NCBI GenBank assembly: GCA_976226885.1
Contig: OZ320315.1
Location: forward strand, 67,146,001 to 67,210,000
DNA length: 64,000 nucleotides
From: Iphione sp. A-MEVVRFRX5
Taxonomy: Eukaryota
Reading direction: 5' to 3'
Below, piece after piece: positions 1 to 14,250 of this stretch (the first letter of the stretch is position 1; every line of letters starts with the position of its first letter). The position numbers were made by a program, and so were the translations under genes. The notes beneath the pieces were generated by a model. The model was not told the origin of the DNA and ran no database searches. It saw only the letters and a list, made by a program, of their open reading frames with translations.

Positions 1-865
1 TGCAAACAGGTCAGTCTGAGGAAAAAGGCTACTAAGAATACGTTATCTGGAGACTAAGGCCCTGATGGCCAAAGGTCATCTTCAGTTTAAGAAACGAAAT
101 GATGGACTATATCAATGAAGCTGATGGCCAGGGGTCAACTCAAAGATAAACGGGGGCATGCCTGAATGTGGAGACGCGTTTTATTATAAGACAGGGCACT
201 TGTTGTGCCCATAACCCAGAAAGATCCTAAGGGTAAACCTGAGTGCTAGTTAATCATGCATGGCTGCGTAACGCATGACTAAGATTATTCTTTTATGTTC
301 ATTGTTGTGAAAGTGGCAAGGGCAGCGCGATGTTTCTGTGCGACCGTGCAAATAGTTTCATTGAGTTTTCCATACCTATGACCCCAAAAAAGAAAATAAA
401 CAATGCTCTTGTTCAGAGATAAAATTGTTTTCCTCATAGGGTTCAAACTCTGTCTTCCCAGCACTCCTAGAGCAACCATCATTTGTCCTGTTAATTTTCT
501 TAGTACACATTTTCTCAATACGACTTTGAAAAGGGCTTCTCTACGGCCTCATGTAACCTCGGATAACTATCCAATAAAAACCCATGTAATGTGCTTGATG
601 AAATCACATTTGCAAAACCACAGAATCCTTCTGTCGAATCGAAAGATTTGTGATGAAAAGGGGATAAAAACGAAGCAAGGGTTGAGGAAGCCTTTTAATA
701 CAGGATCTGTTGTACTTTATACAGGGCACTGCATGCTCTTCATTTTCGTCTTGGTGTATAAAGACAATCTACACTGCATAACATTGGGGGATATAGGGCA
801 TATTATTTGGCAGAAATATTTTCAAATGTCTTACCTATTAAACTTCAGCACAGGGGTTCATGCCT

Positions 866-1180
866 AGTAAAGCCTTATCTGTGTCTCCGGTAACCAGACT
901 GACCCTATTTTGGTGGACATTACAACATCTTATTTTATTGTTGTTTTGTGAATATCTCCTGAACAAATAATTAGACTTCTACAATACACCATTGTGTTTT
1001 TTAGGGCGCTGGCTTTCATATGATACATGTTTATTAAAGATAAGCAGTAGAAGTGATATTACCATATACATTTGGTGATTTGAGCATGGATTAACACTGA
1101 AAACAGGAACATTAATAAGATACCACCTACGGACCGACCCTATTATTTTTCACCATGTTACCGGAAACACAGATATCTTT
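866..1180 (+). mobile_element. MITE-like element (CGACCGACCCT family), copy 1
   Basis: Inverted arms ATCTGTGTCTCCGGTAAC (877-894) and GTTACCGGAAACACAGAT (1157-1174) match at 17/18; subterminal GACCGACCCTA motifs. Confidence 0.7.
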
Positions 1181-1379
1181 TTATGGGTTATATCCTGGCA
1201 CAATTTATAGATACACCTGACAAAGCTCTTTATAGAAATCCATCACCATACAGAATTATAGCATAATAATATACTTACCTTCCTAGTATTGCTCACTTTG
1301 TTAACCCTGACTACACCGTAATAATTCCCTTCACTACAAACCACGCGGTATGTAGAATAAGCAAGTACACCACATGCCA

Positions 1380-1640
1380 TAAGAGGATAGTAAACATGAC
1401 TCAGGGATATCCGGTCATGAGATTATGAAAAGTATTAAGCTGTCAAATCAAGCTGCACTTACCTCTACCACTGTTATTACTTTATATGCAATCGCTGCCT
1501 TGTAAAGATCCAGATGAACTCAACTACTATCTCAGAAACCAACTGATTTGTAGACAGCAATATACACCCAAGTTTCAGGCTTAATCCTCCTAAAGGGTTT
1601 AACTATTATGACAAACGAACAGCACTCTGACGTCTAATCA
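1380..1640 (+). mobile_element. Possible ancient Penelope-like GIY-YIG remnant
   Basis: Frameshifted YFICNRC (cf. IYxIxCxxC) and RLNPPKGFNYYD (cf. LxTLxPxGLNxxD). Confidence 0.3.
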
Positions 1641-1843
1641 CAGATGATCGTATCCTTTATGGGCTTTAATTGAGGTAATTGGGAGTGTCGCATACGGGGG
1701 TTAGAACTAATTACAACAGTAATTGCCTGTATAATTATGTCTTCTTATCGATCAAATTTTTGTCCTGGGTTCCTCCTCATTGAGACCTAATTACTATCTA
1801 TTTCGCATACCTTTTTACTGGTTTAAAATATTGAAGCTATCTC

Positions 1844-2035
1844 TCAGGCTGCTTTGCTTTTCACATCATCAACGCCAACCTTCCTCACTATGTGCTTAGT
1901 GTGTGTGGCATCGTGAATTTGTGTATTCCTTGGTTCAGAAAAAACAAATCCACAAATGCTGCACAGTTCAATCTCTCTAATACGGCTATACTTCATTTGT
2001 CCACCACTAGGTAGAATCGTCTTCCTGGTCCCCAT
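1844..2035 (-). CDS. Short ORF or terminal exon with one C2H2 zinc finger
   Basis: CSICGFVFSEPRNTQIHDATH = C-x2-C-x3-F-x8-H-x3-H, canonical spacing. Confidence 0.45.
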   Translation of the reverse strand: MGTRKTILPSGGQMKYSRIREIELCSICGFVFSEPRNTQIHDATHTKHIVRKVGVDDVKSKAA

Positions 2036-3833
2036 GAACAGTGCTGACCTCTAAGGTTCTAATGGTCAGTTATATTCATCTTAGGTCTTGCCACTTAGCT
2101 CCTATATACATATATATGTAAATATATATATGTACTATTGTTTGTATTTGGGATACAGCAGAAGGTTATTGAAGATGGCTATTTCTATTCAGATATGACA
2201 GCAATACAGCAATGTATTGACTAAAATTGCAATTCTTTCAAAATATGACCGCAAAATATAGAATATCAGTGTTTACATACCCCTCCTTTTAATAACTACT
2301 GCATGTCCGTGTGGAATTTTTGTGCAGCTGACTCTGACCAAGTGAGAATTGAAGGCTGATAACAGAAGTCATAAAGCAATCCTTTAGGTCACATGTAGCA
2401 CTCATTCAAGACCCCTGTACTCGAGACTTTCGGTTGGATTGGCTTTGCATGCCTCATCTATCCCAACCTCATGATATTTCGAATCCAGTCCGTTACTCAT
2501 GCTATGTCTCACACATATATCTATATATATATAGCGAGAGAAGCCAATGTGGAGTAGTATTTACCATAAGAGAAAATTGGGTTTTTCCTAAGTAGCAAAG
2601 ATGTCAAATATAATATTATCAATTACAGCGAGATACATGTCCATGTTCTAAGGTGGCACAAGTAGCCATGCATAGGGAGTGACAAGGATGGGTGTCTGAA
2701 GATGTTTACAACAGAAGTGCATAGGGCTCAACCCCATGCAGTGGCCATGCATAGACAGAATCGTTGTTCAAGGATGTTCACCTAAAACAGTATTGAAGTG
2801 TCTCCACTATGGCCAGGCATGCCAGGAGAGAATAACGTATGTTGCAAGAAGTAAATGGCATCATTCACGGTGTTTATGTATGATTAGTTAAGGAACAGAT
2901 GTTTGAAAATATTTACCTGAAAGAGTGTAGCTTACACCAGTAGCCCTTGTGGTTGACAGTTGGAGCAGCTGCTACGAAGACGTCTACTAAAGTTGTGCAT
3001 AAGGATAGTCTATAGTAGGAGGAACGGGATGACGACAGCGGTGGGGGTTTGGCGTGTAAACGTATAGGTGTTAAGTGAATATACGAAACTCTCGTAATTA
3101 CATAAAGAAGCTAACACTGCAGATGAAATTAAGTAACACTATAAATAGAAGTAGCTAACGCTGTACGTAGAATTAGCCCTCAAAGTTTGGAAATGAAAAA
3201 GCAACAGATTCTGGAGATAAACAGATAAGAGTTTATAGATTCAGCACACGAACTAATTAATCAATTGAAACTGGAGGGAGGAGTTTCCTTTTCCTGAGAC
3301 AAGATTAAGTCGGGATTTACTCTGAAATTAGCTACTAATATATTTATTTCTATAGTAAGTTGTGGGGACTTTGACGGTGGCATTTGAAACCACCTGTGGC
3401 ACTGACCCAATCAGTCTAAATCATTGATGGTCTAATTGATTTAAAAGTAGACCCCGTCAGGCGAGAAAGCCAGACACTCCTTGTAATCAGTTTGTGTGTG
3501 TATGTGTGTGTGATTATGTGTGTGTAAGGAAGAGATTGCAGCAAAGTCTATGCTTACACGCTTGAGTGACTCAGCACATTGCTTCTGTCAGGAAGAGCCA
3601 CTGCAGGTAACCCAAGCCTTCAATTGGCCAATAAGGTGATACGACCCGCGAGAATCAAGGCCATGCATCCTCCAGACCGCTCGGAGATAAGAGGCAAGCT
3701 ACGAAAGACACCGACTGACTGGCTTCAGTGATAAGGCAACACCGGAGGTCAACAAAGGGGCGGGTTGGAATTGAAGGATCACTTGCTGCACCGACCTCGG
3801 AAGGCCCGAGACTAGTGGTGGAAGGAGACTTAC

Positions 3834-3992
3834 CGCTGGACGCACGCCTGACCGCAGCTTGTACAAGGTTGTGGGCAGAGCTGTTAGTGCAGCTTGGTCG
3901 TGGGATATAGAGTAACTCGGTGGGGTTGGAGAGGGATGTCGAGGTCAGTATTGGTGGGAGGGGTTGGTGTAGTGGTGTAATAAAATGGCCAT
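3834..3992 (-). CDS. Candidate internal exon (159 nt, phase 1-1)
   Basis: Acceptor cctcttgcAG|, donor AGCG|GTAAGT; DGHFITPLHQPLPPILTSTSLSNPTELLYIPRPSCTNSSAHNLVQAAVRRASS. Confidence 0.6.
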
Positions 3993-6907
3993 CTGCAAGA
4001 GGTTTATATTGATCCATCATCTGAACTGGATAGAAGTGGGTTAATAGCATAGCGTTGGGCACATGCCAAGACAAGATTGAAAAGACATAGATTAGGGAGT
4101 GGGTGCTTAAAAGAAATCAGATAATTGCCTGGATCTGTCTTGGGAATACCCTCCCAAGGGCACATAAGGTTACGTGGACAGGTAAACAAAGAGATTATAT
4201 CAACTAATGCTCATTTTATCATTTAGATCCCTTGTAGTACTTGGTCGCTATTGTATTATTATACTTCACTTATATACTCAATTAAGAATTTTAATACATG
4301 TCTACATACTACCTAACGTCAACAAAATTAATGAGTAATAGCATCAAAATACTGTGTATCTTTTTAAATGAAAAGCATTATATCTAATGACGTTTTCTGC
4401 AATACTTTCCAGTCTAACCGAGAAGAAAGTGTTCCTATTACCTTCATAAATCTTTGGATGTCATAAAATAAAATCAGAATTACGTAGACATGGACTCACA
4501 CTAGGATATAAGTTTCACTCAATCAAGCCTGGCACATGGGAAAGACATCAGTAGTACTAGTCTTGTGTTATGAAATGTGCATTATAGATTTATAAGTTTA
4601 CGGTACCTCGGTAAAATTCGGGTTTCTATCTCTCCCTGTTGAGACAAGATGACTCTGCATTACAAATTCACTTGAAGATAGCTTGGTTCGGGGAGCAAGT
4701 AATTGCTTGGTGCGGGTGAGAAGTGTTGTAAGTGTGCGCAGTCCCCAAGGTCGTTTATATTCTAAGAACGATGCAGCAGGTGTTATTTAAGCTGTCCTGA
4801 TAGGAATTCAAGTCAGTGTAGGTAGTAAGAAAGGTACATTAATGGTCAGGCTAAAAAGCCACCATAGGTATGTAAATAATCGTGGGTAAGGTGATTTGAG
4901 CCCACTGTGCTGATCCTTATGAATGCACACATAAAAAAGAGATATATTTTGTCTGTGGATGTTAAAGAGATAGTGACAATGTTGCCCATCTGTGCAGAAA
5001 AATGCCTGTTAATCGAAGTGGATTTGCCCTGCTTTTCGTTTGTCCATTAATGAGGCCTGAGGGTTGGAAGAAAATAAGTCACCATTGGGGGATATACTGA
5101 TCATATACAATGATATTAAGCTATGCTACTTTTCTTGTTAGAAACTATAATAAACCTACGGAAAATCAGGTGTATTGCAGCAAGCATAACTTAACATGAT
5201 GCCCAAAACATCATTAACACTCTAAAGATAAAGGTGAACGTCGGCATGTATATCTTAACAGCATATCTTAACAATATCCATTCTTTTAAATTATTATCAA
5301 GAGCCATAAGGTAACTACAACAATCAGAACTAATTAAATTAACCATATTGTACGAGTTTGACTGATTGTAAAATTCTTGTCCTGTATTCTCTGTAATTTA
5401 GCACTGTGTCTGTTACTTCACATCATATCTATAACTGAAAGGACAAGCATATCTTACAATATCTTACATAGATGTCTAAGATATATCCATTTATTCCTCC
5501 AAAACATAGCATTTGGGTAATAAAATGCACCCTTAGAGTACCATAATGTGGAGTGAACCTGGCAGAATGTACATTGACTTTGTGTGTGTTAAATACATGA
5601 ATATTATGTACTCAAAGCCTTCTATCCGTACTAGGTAGATGGAAATCCCCTGCACAATGGAGAAACCAAAAAGGAATGCTACCATGAACGGCCAAAGGTG
5701 GTTCGTTATTGCCTGAATATAAATTAAATATTGACAATTTCCGGGCGACTGCCTCAGAGAAAATCCCAATTATTTATTGATCAAAGTGTTGTAATTTTCT
5801 TACATTTAGCCTTCCATAAGAATGGGGTAGCGTGTCCGGATCTCGTTATTTTAGCTTAGAACAGCTTTCTCCTCTCATTTATCTCCTTATATCTCTAATC
5901 TGTCTGACTCACTGTGTATTCTTGTGTTTAGGTTTCTTTCTATCTTTCTGGATACTTCCCCTCTTCCTATCTCCTTTCCTTGACATTCTGCTTTTCGTCT
6001 TCGTATAGCCTTGATTTGCTCCGCTTATCCTTTTTCTCTCCGTATCGTCCAACTTTCGTCACTGTCCAGGTCCCTCTCTCTGTAACATGTGGCTCCTCTC
6101 TCTCAATTGCCCCTGCTGTCTGTTTAGCTGCCTGTTTAACTTTCTCTCCCTTGGTTTGTCTCTCCCTGCCTTGTGTTACTCAATGTGACTGACGTGACTG
6201 TGTATTGAGTCTTGGATAAATGCCGAACAATTCAAGGCTTTTCTCCCCGCCAGGGTTTGGGTGGCAGCACTGTTGTGTCTGATCCGGGGCTGTACAGGGG
6301 CAGGCCTGTCGGTATGGGCTCCGATAAAAAGTTACAATGATATGCAGATTAGATCTTTGAGCGCACGCAAGTCTAATCTCATCAAGGGAAGTAAGCTGGT
6401 GTAGCGGATCAGCTTGTCATCCTAATGTTGAGTGTTCCTGATTTGTAGGTCCATTATACAAGGGATTTTCTAGAACATGGGCAAGGGCTGAGAGGAAATT
6501 CAATGAGCATAACACTTATTACCAATATCTGCACTTTTGAATCTACTTACTTCAACAGGACCTTTTTGCGCTGTGCATTCTTTGAATGCAATGCGTATTT
6601 TAATAATCTTCTTCTATCCAGTTGTATATACTATATACTTTGTTATTACCATAATTATTATTGTTCTATCCAGCTGTACTATACACTTTGTAATTCATAT
6701 CATCTCATCACATTCTCTCACCTGTATTCATATTTGTTAGATGTAACACAGTACATGTAATCATTCCACCTTCCCCTTGGTGAAAACCATCCGATAGGAC
6801 GACTATTGTGGGAATAAAACATTATTATTAATGTTATTATTCTTTAACATTGGAAACCATCACTACCTGGGCCCAAGATTGGCCTATGCAGGGAAGCCCA
6901 TGTAGAT

Positions 6908-7128
6908 CCCATGTGGTTTTGTCCATCTGCCTCCCGCGTGGGCAAGTCATCCTTAGCAAAGACGATGCCTATTATCTATAAACTGCTTTTCCATTTTTAG
7001 AGGACACGCGATGCCCTGAAAGACAAAGATATATTCTTCCTGAAAGTATTGGAAAAAATATACAAAATATATATCACCAGATTTTTCAGGTGCAGTCCAG
7101 CTGGAGACCATGGACAAACCCATATGGG
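6908..7128. repeat. Inverted repeat pair, probable MITE relic
   Basis: CCCATGTGGTTTTGTCCAT (6908-6926) vs the reverse complement of ATGGACAAACCCATATGGG (7110-7128), 17/19 identity. Confidence 0.5.
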
Positions 7129-7408
7129 CTGGCCAGCTTTACCCATGTTGCTCATATACTGTTGTCAAACGTGCTAATGGAGACAAACAGAGGTCGTCCT
7201 TATTTTCCTTGTGTTTATTCTCTCGACCAGTTTCAATACAGCTGGTCGGAAAACACTCTGAACTGGATCGGTTGGGAGAAAATATAAATATTAACACTGG
7301 GATACACTCAACAGCTGAGATATTTACCGACACGGGTACTGAAACCAGTTCTGTTACAGCACTGTGAGTTTCTCACATGGATCTTTAGAAAAATCTGACA
7401 CAAGAATC

Positions 7409-8700
7409 TATCCGGCAGGGTGGAAGATTGCCAGGGTGTGTCCGATATACAAAAAGGGAGCCAGGGGTGACCCGGGCAATTACAGGCTGGTTAGCATCCT
7501 GCCCCTGCCTGGCAAAGTGTAAGAGCGCTGGTTTTGAAGTGAGATAATCAAGGAACTCGAGGGTAGAGGGGCAGTGTCGATCAAACAGCATGGGTTCCAC
7601 AAGGGACATGGCACTGACACAGCGGTAAGTAGTCTGGTGTGCAGGACTTGGGAGAAACTCAATATGGGTCAGGATGACAGTTAGTAGGGGGGGGGATACT
7701 GCAACAATTCAAGGTCCTGGGAGGTGGGGAAAAAGTGCTAAGAATATTACGAAGCTATTTATCAGACAGATGGCAATTTGTGGAGTGTGAGAGAGAACCA
7801 TCAAAGATTAGGCAGGTGAATCTTGGAGTACTCCTGTCTTTGGACCCTTGGGATTCATGCTGATTGTCAATACCATAGAGCGAGTGCTACCAGCTGGAGT
7901 TAGTGCGGTCCTCTATGCAGATGATGTAACACTACTAGCGAGTGCTACTGACTTACTGAAGCTGTGAGGCCTTTGCCAGTGTGCTCTTGGTAGTGTAGAA
8001 GGGTTGTGTGGGAAGCAAGGACTAAGACTTTGTGCAGACAAGTGCATGCACATGGTAATGGGCAAAGGACTGGGTCTGGATCTAGACTTACATTTGAAAG
8101 GGGGGAGGCTGAGGGCAGTAGAGAACTGTAACTTACTGGGGTACAAGTAAGCTGCAAAACTAGCAATAAAGGGTGCAATGAAGGGTGTAATGGGGAAGAT
8201 GTGGGGCATGTCACTCAAGCTGTCAAGGGTAAAAAGGAAGTTACCATTGCAAGTAAGACTTTTGGTGTTTAGGTGCCTGGTGTTGACCCATATGATCTAC
8301 CTGGCAGGTTTTCTCTTTGGTGTGGCTGGGTCAGACATCATAAGGCTACAGGTCATGGTACACAGATGTGTGCATGTGGCTGTGATGACCAACATGAAGC
8401 AAAGCACACTAAGCTTCCAGGAGCACATGGGCCTACCCAGAATTTGGAGACTCATAGGTCAACGGGGGCTTATGCTGATCCACAGACTGATGCAACTGAA
8501 ACTGTTGCCGAGTTGTGCAAAGACTAGTGTGAGAGCAGGTAACAAAAAGTCAGGGAAACTATTTAAACCTCGAACAAGCAGGTACAAGGCGTCCCTGAGA
8601 CACAGTGGTCTACTTATGTGGAACATGCTGCCTGAGGAGATAAAGACTAGGCCTAGGTGACCTTGTGGGGCATGGGAGATATGGCTCAAGGACACTTGAA
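7409..8700 (+). mobile_element. Decayed CR1/L2-like LINE RT fragment
   Basis: YPAGWKIARVCPIYKKGARGDPGNYRLVSILPLPGKV*...QHGFHKGHGTDTA from 7409; VSAVLYADD at 7911-7925; C-terminal RLLVFRCLVLTHMIY...RHSGLLMWNMLP (8178-8660). Multiple stops and frameshifts. Confidence 0.9.
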
Positions 8701-10112
8701 CGAAGGCTGACATGAAGGAGAACAGGGGCTGGACCCTGGACAGAAGTCAGCTTATGGTGGGATGGGCAGACTGGAGGGGGATGGAGAGAGTGGAGTGTGT
8801 TGAAAATGGTGTGTCATGTGTTCTGGGAGTGTGCATATCCAGTGTGAGGATGAATGTGAAGGGGTGTCGGGTTAGAATGTCTGTGGTGAAGGTTGAAAGA
8901 GCAAGTATGTGCAAATGGTAAGTGTACTGTGTATGGGGAGCATGTTAAACTGTCTGGGGATAAGCACTCAGATGCCGTTGAGAAGTAGTGTTGCTGATTA
9001 ATTTGGATATGTTCCTGTGTGAGGGGATTACTAGTTGAAGGCATGAGTGGATAGGTAAGGATAACAAAGGAAACAGTTGAATCTAATGTGGTAATCAGGT
9101 CGTTCCAAATTGCATCACCCGTAGTGTTTACATCAGGGGTGATGCATCAATGACAGTACTTACACTGAACATATCAATATAGTCAACAACTGTATTCAAT
9201 CCCATGGAATCTGTGATAGTATATCCACATGTTAGCAATTAAGTAAATTATCACTTTTGCATTATGTGACAGACAGAGCTACCAACAGTGTCTAGAAACT
9301 GTGTAACAATGGAGCCATGAGGTGCTGTTTATTTGCAATCAAAATAAGTATGTAAATCACAGAGAGTCAGAATAAATGGATTTCAAATTTGAATATTTCA
9401 AAACCAATTAACATAATCACTTGCAATCTGTCTTGTCACCCTGGGTGTTTTGTCTACCTAACAACTAGCCTCCTGTTCTTAATATCTATATATTGGTATA
9501 TATTTGTTATATATTTGATATTTGTCTATATATATATGTATACCAAACTACATATGTCCTTCATGCCTTACTATAGTACCCTATATATGTCGATGTATCT
9601 CTTTCTTTTTGTCATATCCCGTGTTCGCCGCTGCTTCCAATGCCTACCGACCAGCACATCACGATGTTTATGCGGGCGAGATATTTATAGTCTTATTGTC
9701 TATTTCAGGGGTCGAAATTTATAGCCTCCTCTGGCAAATATGAATTACTGGCGATCTATTTAATTATAAGCAAGTCATCTTTGATCTGCTGTTCTTTAGT
9801 TTGGGTCATCATTCTTTGATATAGACATAAATAGATCCAGGGGTATTCTATTGTGTGTGTTATACAGAGAACTAAAGGAGATGGGAAATTGTACGTTGTA
9901 AATATACACCTCAACAATTGGAGGCGGGAACTCCGCATTTATCTATACACACAAGCTAACGGAGGAGAAAGTCAGTTCTTTGTAATAAATACGAAACACT
10001 TTGATTATTGAAGAATTATAGAAATTAAAACTAGTTTTGTTCTCACCAAAATGTTATAACTCCTTCATAATGTTTGTCATGTTTGTCTTTCTTGGGTTGT
10101 CCACATCCTTAC

Positions 10113-10139
10113 CTGCGTGTAGGATTAGGCTTTGCTTTA
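10113..10139 (-). CDS. Candidate microexon (27 nt, phase 1-1)
   Basis: Acceptor tttttacttcAG|, donor CGCAG|GTAAGG; (V)KQSLILHA. Confidence 0.35.
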
Positions 10140-12699
10140 CTGAAGTAAAAAACCCTACCTTTAAAGGTAACACCCGCCAGTATTGGCCTTTGTGTGCTGA
10201 TACTTAATGACTTCCTTTGAAATCTTGAGAAAAAGTCATGTGTAAATGATGGCCTTGCGAGAACCACAGGCAGTCCGAACTTCAAAGGCATTCTAACGTT
10301 CATTTTACAAGAACTTGTATGTTCTGTCGTTAATCATACTTATAAAGAGAGTGCCTCCTACTGGCTTTATAGTAAATTAATCCCAACTGCTCAATCTGTC
10401 CGTTAAGCCACGGCATGGTATCTCGACATGCTTGTATTTTCAGCCAAACGTCAGAGCAACATTACAAAAAATAGGACTTCAAGGAATATTTCCATACCAT
10501 AGAAAATGTTGAACCAGCGTGTCTGAGAAAATTTTCTCAAAGTTTTCTCTGCCATATTCGATCTCCCCCCCCCCGAGACTGTTGAACAATGACATCCCAA
10601 GGGATTCCGCCCTCTGGGAGGTCCCATATACATGTATGGGGCTACCATGTAAACCTTGAGGGGCTGCCATCAATGCTGGCAGAGGAACATATCAAAGTTC
10701 GCGTCGTTCTGGGAGGCTATAGGGGCAGGGGAAGGATGTAAATGTGATTTTTCCCAATAAATTATTCATTCTGTGCTGGTTTCTATGACATAGAGGCTCA
10801 TGATAACTTCTGCAGACACGTACCACGACAGGTACGCGTATCACGATTAATCTCAGTAAAAGCGCTGTAAAATATCCCCCGTCTCTGGCCGAAACAGAAC
10901 TGGATATGTGATATACGGGAGGTTCAGCTCTTGCTCCTATATATACCTTCTTTCTGCGAGTCTTTGTCATTAGTACCTACAGATGTCGTTTTCTTACCCA
11001 TGCCGGTTTGCCGCCCAAGGACCTGAAGCTAGGCACAATCTGGGTCGTAGTTCATACAGACCACGTGGTCTTTTTTCCAGATAAAATCACACTTGCAATC
11101 TGGCGATTAAGCCCCAGAATCGTCATTATATAGGACTGCCACCATTTTCATCAAGCATCTCAGATCATTATTTGACGCTGTATGAGCTGTTAATTAAAGA
11201 TGTATCTCTATCCATGATGCTCCATTAATAATGCTTACACGAGGGTTATGCTAAATTCACAAGGGTCACGACGCCTGCCACTGTATATAGTTTATAATAT
11301 CTTATAAATAGTTATTACATGTATACCGAAAGTAATACCGAAATTTCATCAAGTTCGTTTTGCGTGCGTTAGCTTGATTTTATCTAGGGCTTTACGATAA
11401 ACACTCTATAGTTATTCAGTGTAAAGCAGTATGTATTGAATAAAGACACCAACACAGCCTCGAGTCTGTTTATAACTTTTGTCTGTAAAATTCAGGCGGC
11501 GGCTTCTAGCAAAAAAAATTTTTTACACTCGTTAAGGTAATCACTTCTGTGCATCTATCTGGCTATTCTGGTCACTTGTTTATTTACATCAGTGAATTTC
11601 AGACATGGAAAATGCTTACTGATTTGTATGCTTTTCTCAATGTTGATCTGTCGTTTTCAACGTTGGTGTGTTTATATGTGCCGATGTGCGAGAAATAGGC
11701 AAAAGTACAGTTAAATATTGGTACGTCGACAGAGTGTTTATCTTTTCGCTTTCTTAATGTAATTAACTGTGTCCGTTTCCTTCCAGAGAATATAATATGT
11801 CGCCTGCCTTCGCCGTTTATGGGGCAAAGGGAATTCTGCAACCTTTCCATCATACACACCTTCATCCATCAAGTCGTATCTTTCGCACTGTACTTATTCC
11901 TGCATGCATTTAATACATCATATGATTGATTGCAATCTGTTTGAGCCAACGCTTAATCTCTGCCTGCTAAAGAAGCCTTTGGGCGATCCTGAGTTCACCG
12001 AGTTCAATAACATACCGGAAGAGGTAAACTGAGAGAGACCATTACATAATCAGAGTAGGAGACAGAGAGGGTCAGTTAGAGCGAGATGGACAGAGGGATA
12101 GACACTAGGAAAGGGATCACTTGAGAGAAAATAAGTAAGAATAGAATAAGGGGGGATTTATGGAGAGACGCCAACAAGGAGAAGCTCGAAAACTACAGGA
12201 AAAAATGTATAACACGATACAGGACGACACAATGTGAATTCAGTTTACATCAACAGGCTTGTGCAGCAATTCTTCCATTTATGTCTTGTGCTTGCTGGGG
12301 GTGTATTCCAAACAGCTCCTATAATTAATTATAGACACCGCGCGGACCGGTGGGATGTCCTGGGTGGGGGATGGATGTGGCAAGGGGGATGTGGTAGCAT
12401 CCTGAGGGAGGACGCCCGGAGCCTTTCAAGTATCTGGGAAGTGGGAAGATGGGAAGGTAGGTGGGGGTGGGGCGAATTGTAAGGGATATGCGGGCAGGAA
12501 CGGTTGCTAAAAGTGTGGGGGGGGGGGCAGACATACAATGGATCTGACTGAAAGGGATAAAACCACCATCAAGCACTGGAAATCAGTGCAAGTTCACGGA
12601 CTGGTATTACCTCGAGAATGTTTGAAGTGGTGAGGCTGGTATAGTATAAGCATTAACTAGTGATCAGATTGTTACGGAGATTTTTATCAGGTCAATATA

Positions 12700-14250
12700 A
12701 GGTGAAACCCATACAATGACTAAGTTTTGTAATCAAAAGATTTATGGATGTGGTTTTGATTTGATTAGAAGAATATCACCTAAGGCTGCATTGAACTAGT
12801 GGATTTTACCTCTTAAAATCACGTGTACACAGTTTTCGAATAACCCATCCAAAAGCGTCAAGGCACTGTGTAATTGGGCAAATATAGCGACTCCCAACTT
12901 GCTGCCCGTGTAATAAATAATCGAACCTGAAGGGAGGGGCAGCGTGGTGTATATCTAATCTGGCTAGGCAGGGGAACCAGGGACGATTCAACCTGGCACC
13001 CTGGCCTGTCAGTGTAGTAGACGCCAGGGACTGAGGCGGTATCCTCCATAATGCTCTGCCCGTTCAGGGATAGGGGTGGAGAGCGGTATCGGGATGATGT
13101 CAAACAGGTGCCCAGACTTGTCACTGTGCCAGGCACCACGAGAGGAGGAAAGTATTGAGTGTAATTACAGCTAGCGTCCCAAACTGTCACGTGAACTTGG
13201 ACCTATCCTCTCACGTGATAATAACACACGCTCCGGCCTTTTATCTGACCTGTCACATATAATGCAAGCTATTTTGGGGCCATGCTGAAGTACAATCATT
13301 TTGCCCTGTCAATTTGCCTGTCCAGATACGAGTCTGGGAGCGTTTAATTTGGTTTATTGTGTATCAATAGGCATATCATGAATTCACTTAGGCAGTAGAA
13401 AGCTATAGGATAGACGTTGGTTGGGAGCCATGGGGTGTTACCAGTCTGTTATTGAGACTGTGTAACAGAGGGCATTGACCAGTCAATGTCACTGAGGTCA
13501 GTTCCCTCAGTACGATAGATACAGGTCGCAACTGGGGAGTGGCATTCCCCTTGCGTTCACCGTTAAAAAGATGGACAGGAGCGTAGCCCAGTGGGGTGTA
13601 ACCTTACTTATAAGGGATGATTTTCTTTTCCTGTATCCATCCTCCAGTACATTGCGCTTACATCCAGACAGCACAGTATCCCGTGTTTTTGCGTACATGT
13701 ATCTTCCAGAAACAAATGTGAACCACTTGTCAAGAGGTAGTGGAGATGATTTTAATGAAGACCCTTAGAGCTACACACTGCGGTCTCCTATGGCAGCAGC
13801 TAGCATAATGGCGCTAGTGGCAGTCTGTTGTTGGAGGTTGATGGTAGTGAAGAAGGACGGGGGACGCATCCCTTTCCGCCTTCTTGCCTGTAACTTCCGA
13901 TTGGAGCTGACGGCCAAATGAAGCGACACCCAGTGGCCGGCAACAGAAATGGGCTCCGGTCCAGGCAGACATGCTCAGTCTTGTCACTACCTCGGTTGTG
14001 AGGTCTTTCATGTCCGCATTGTGAGGGTGGGCAGGGCCGCTGTTGCCTGATGCTGCCGTCTATTTGGTGGACAATGGGAATGATGTGTTGTTGGGTGAAC
14101 GGATGGGATGGTTTTGATAATAGCTAGTCTCAACAGGGGCCCTTCATTATGCCTGTTACTATTGAGTAGGGTCTCTAATTGTTGAGCAACACCATATAAG
14201 AACACGGCTAGTATATAGCTAGGTTTATTCTGGTCCTGTTCGATCATCCG
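12700..14250 (-). mobile_element. Decayed DIRS/Ngaro-like (tyrosine-recombinase retrotransposon) gag-RT remnant
   Basis: Minus-strand fragments: PLDKWFTFVS and GYCAVW (gag-like); LNAPRL..QHG.KI; SLNGQSIMEDTASV; LARLDIHHAAPPFRFDYLLHG (cf. LAKxDIxxAFRxxPxxxxDYxLLG); LGDILL (cf. YLDDFL). Frameshifted. Confidence 0.5.

Noticed and set aside
403-867. 154-aa plus ORF
   Set aside because: No recognisable motifs, AT-rich, no splice or domain support.
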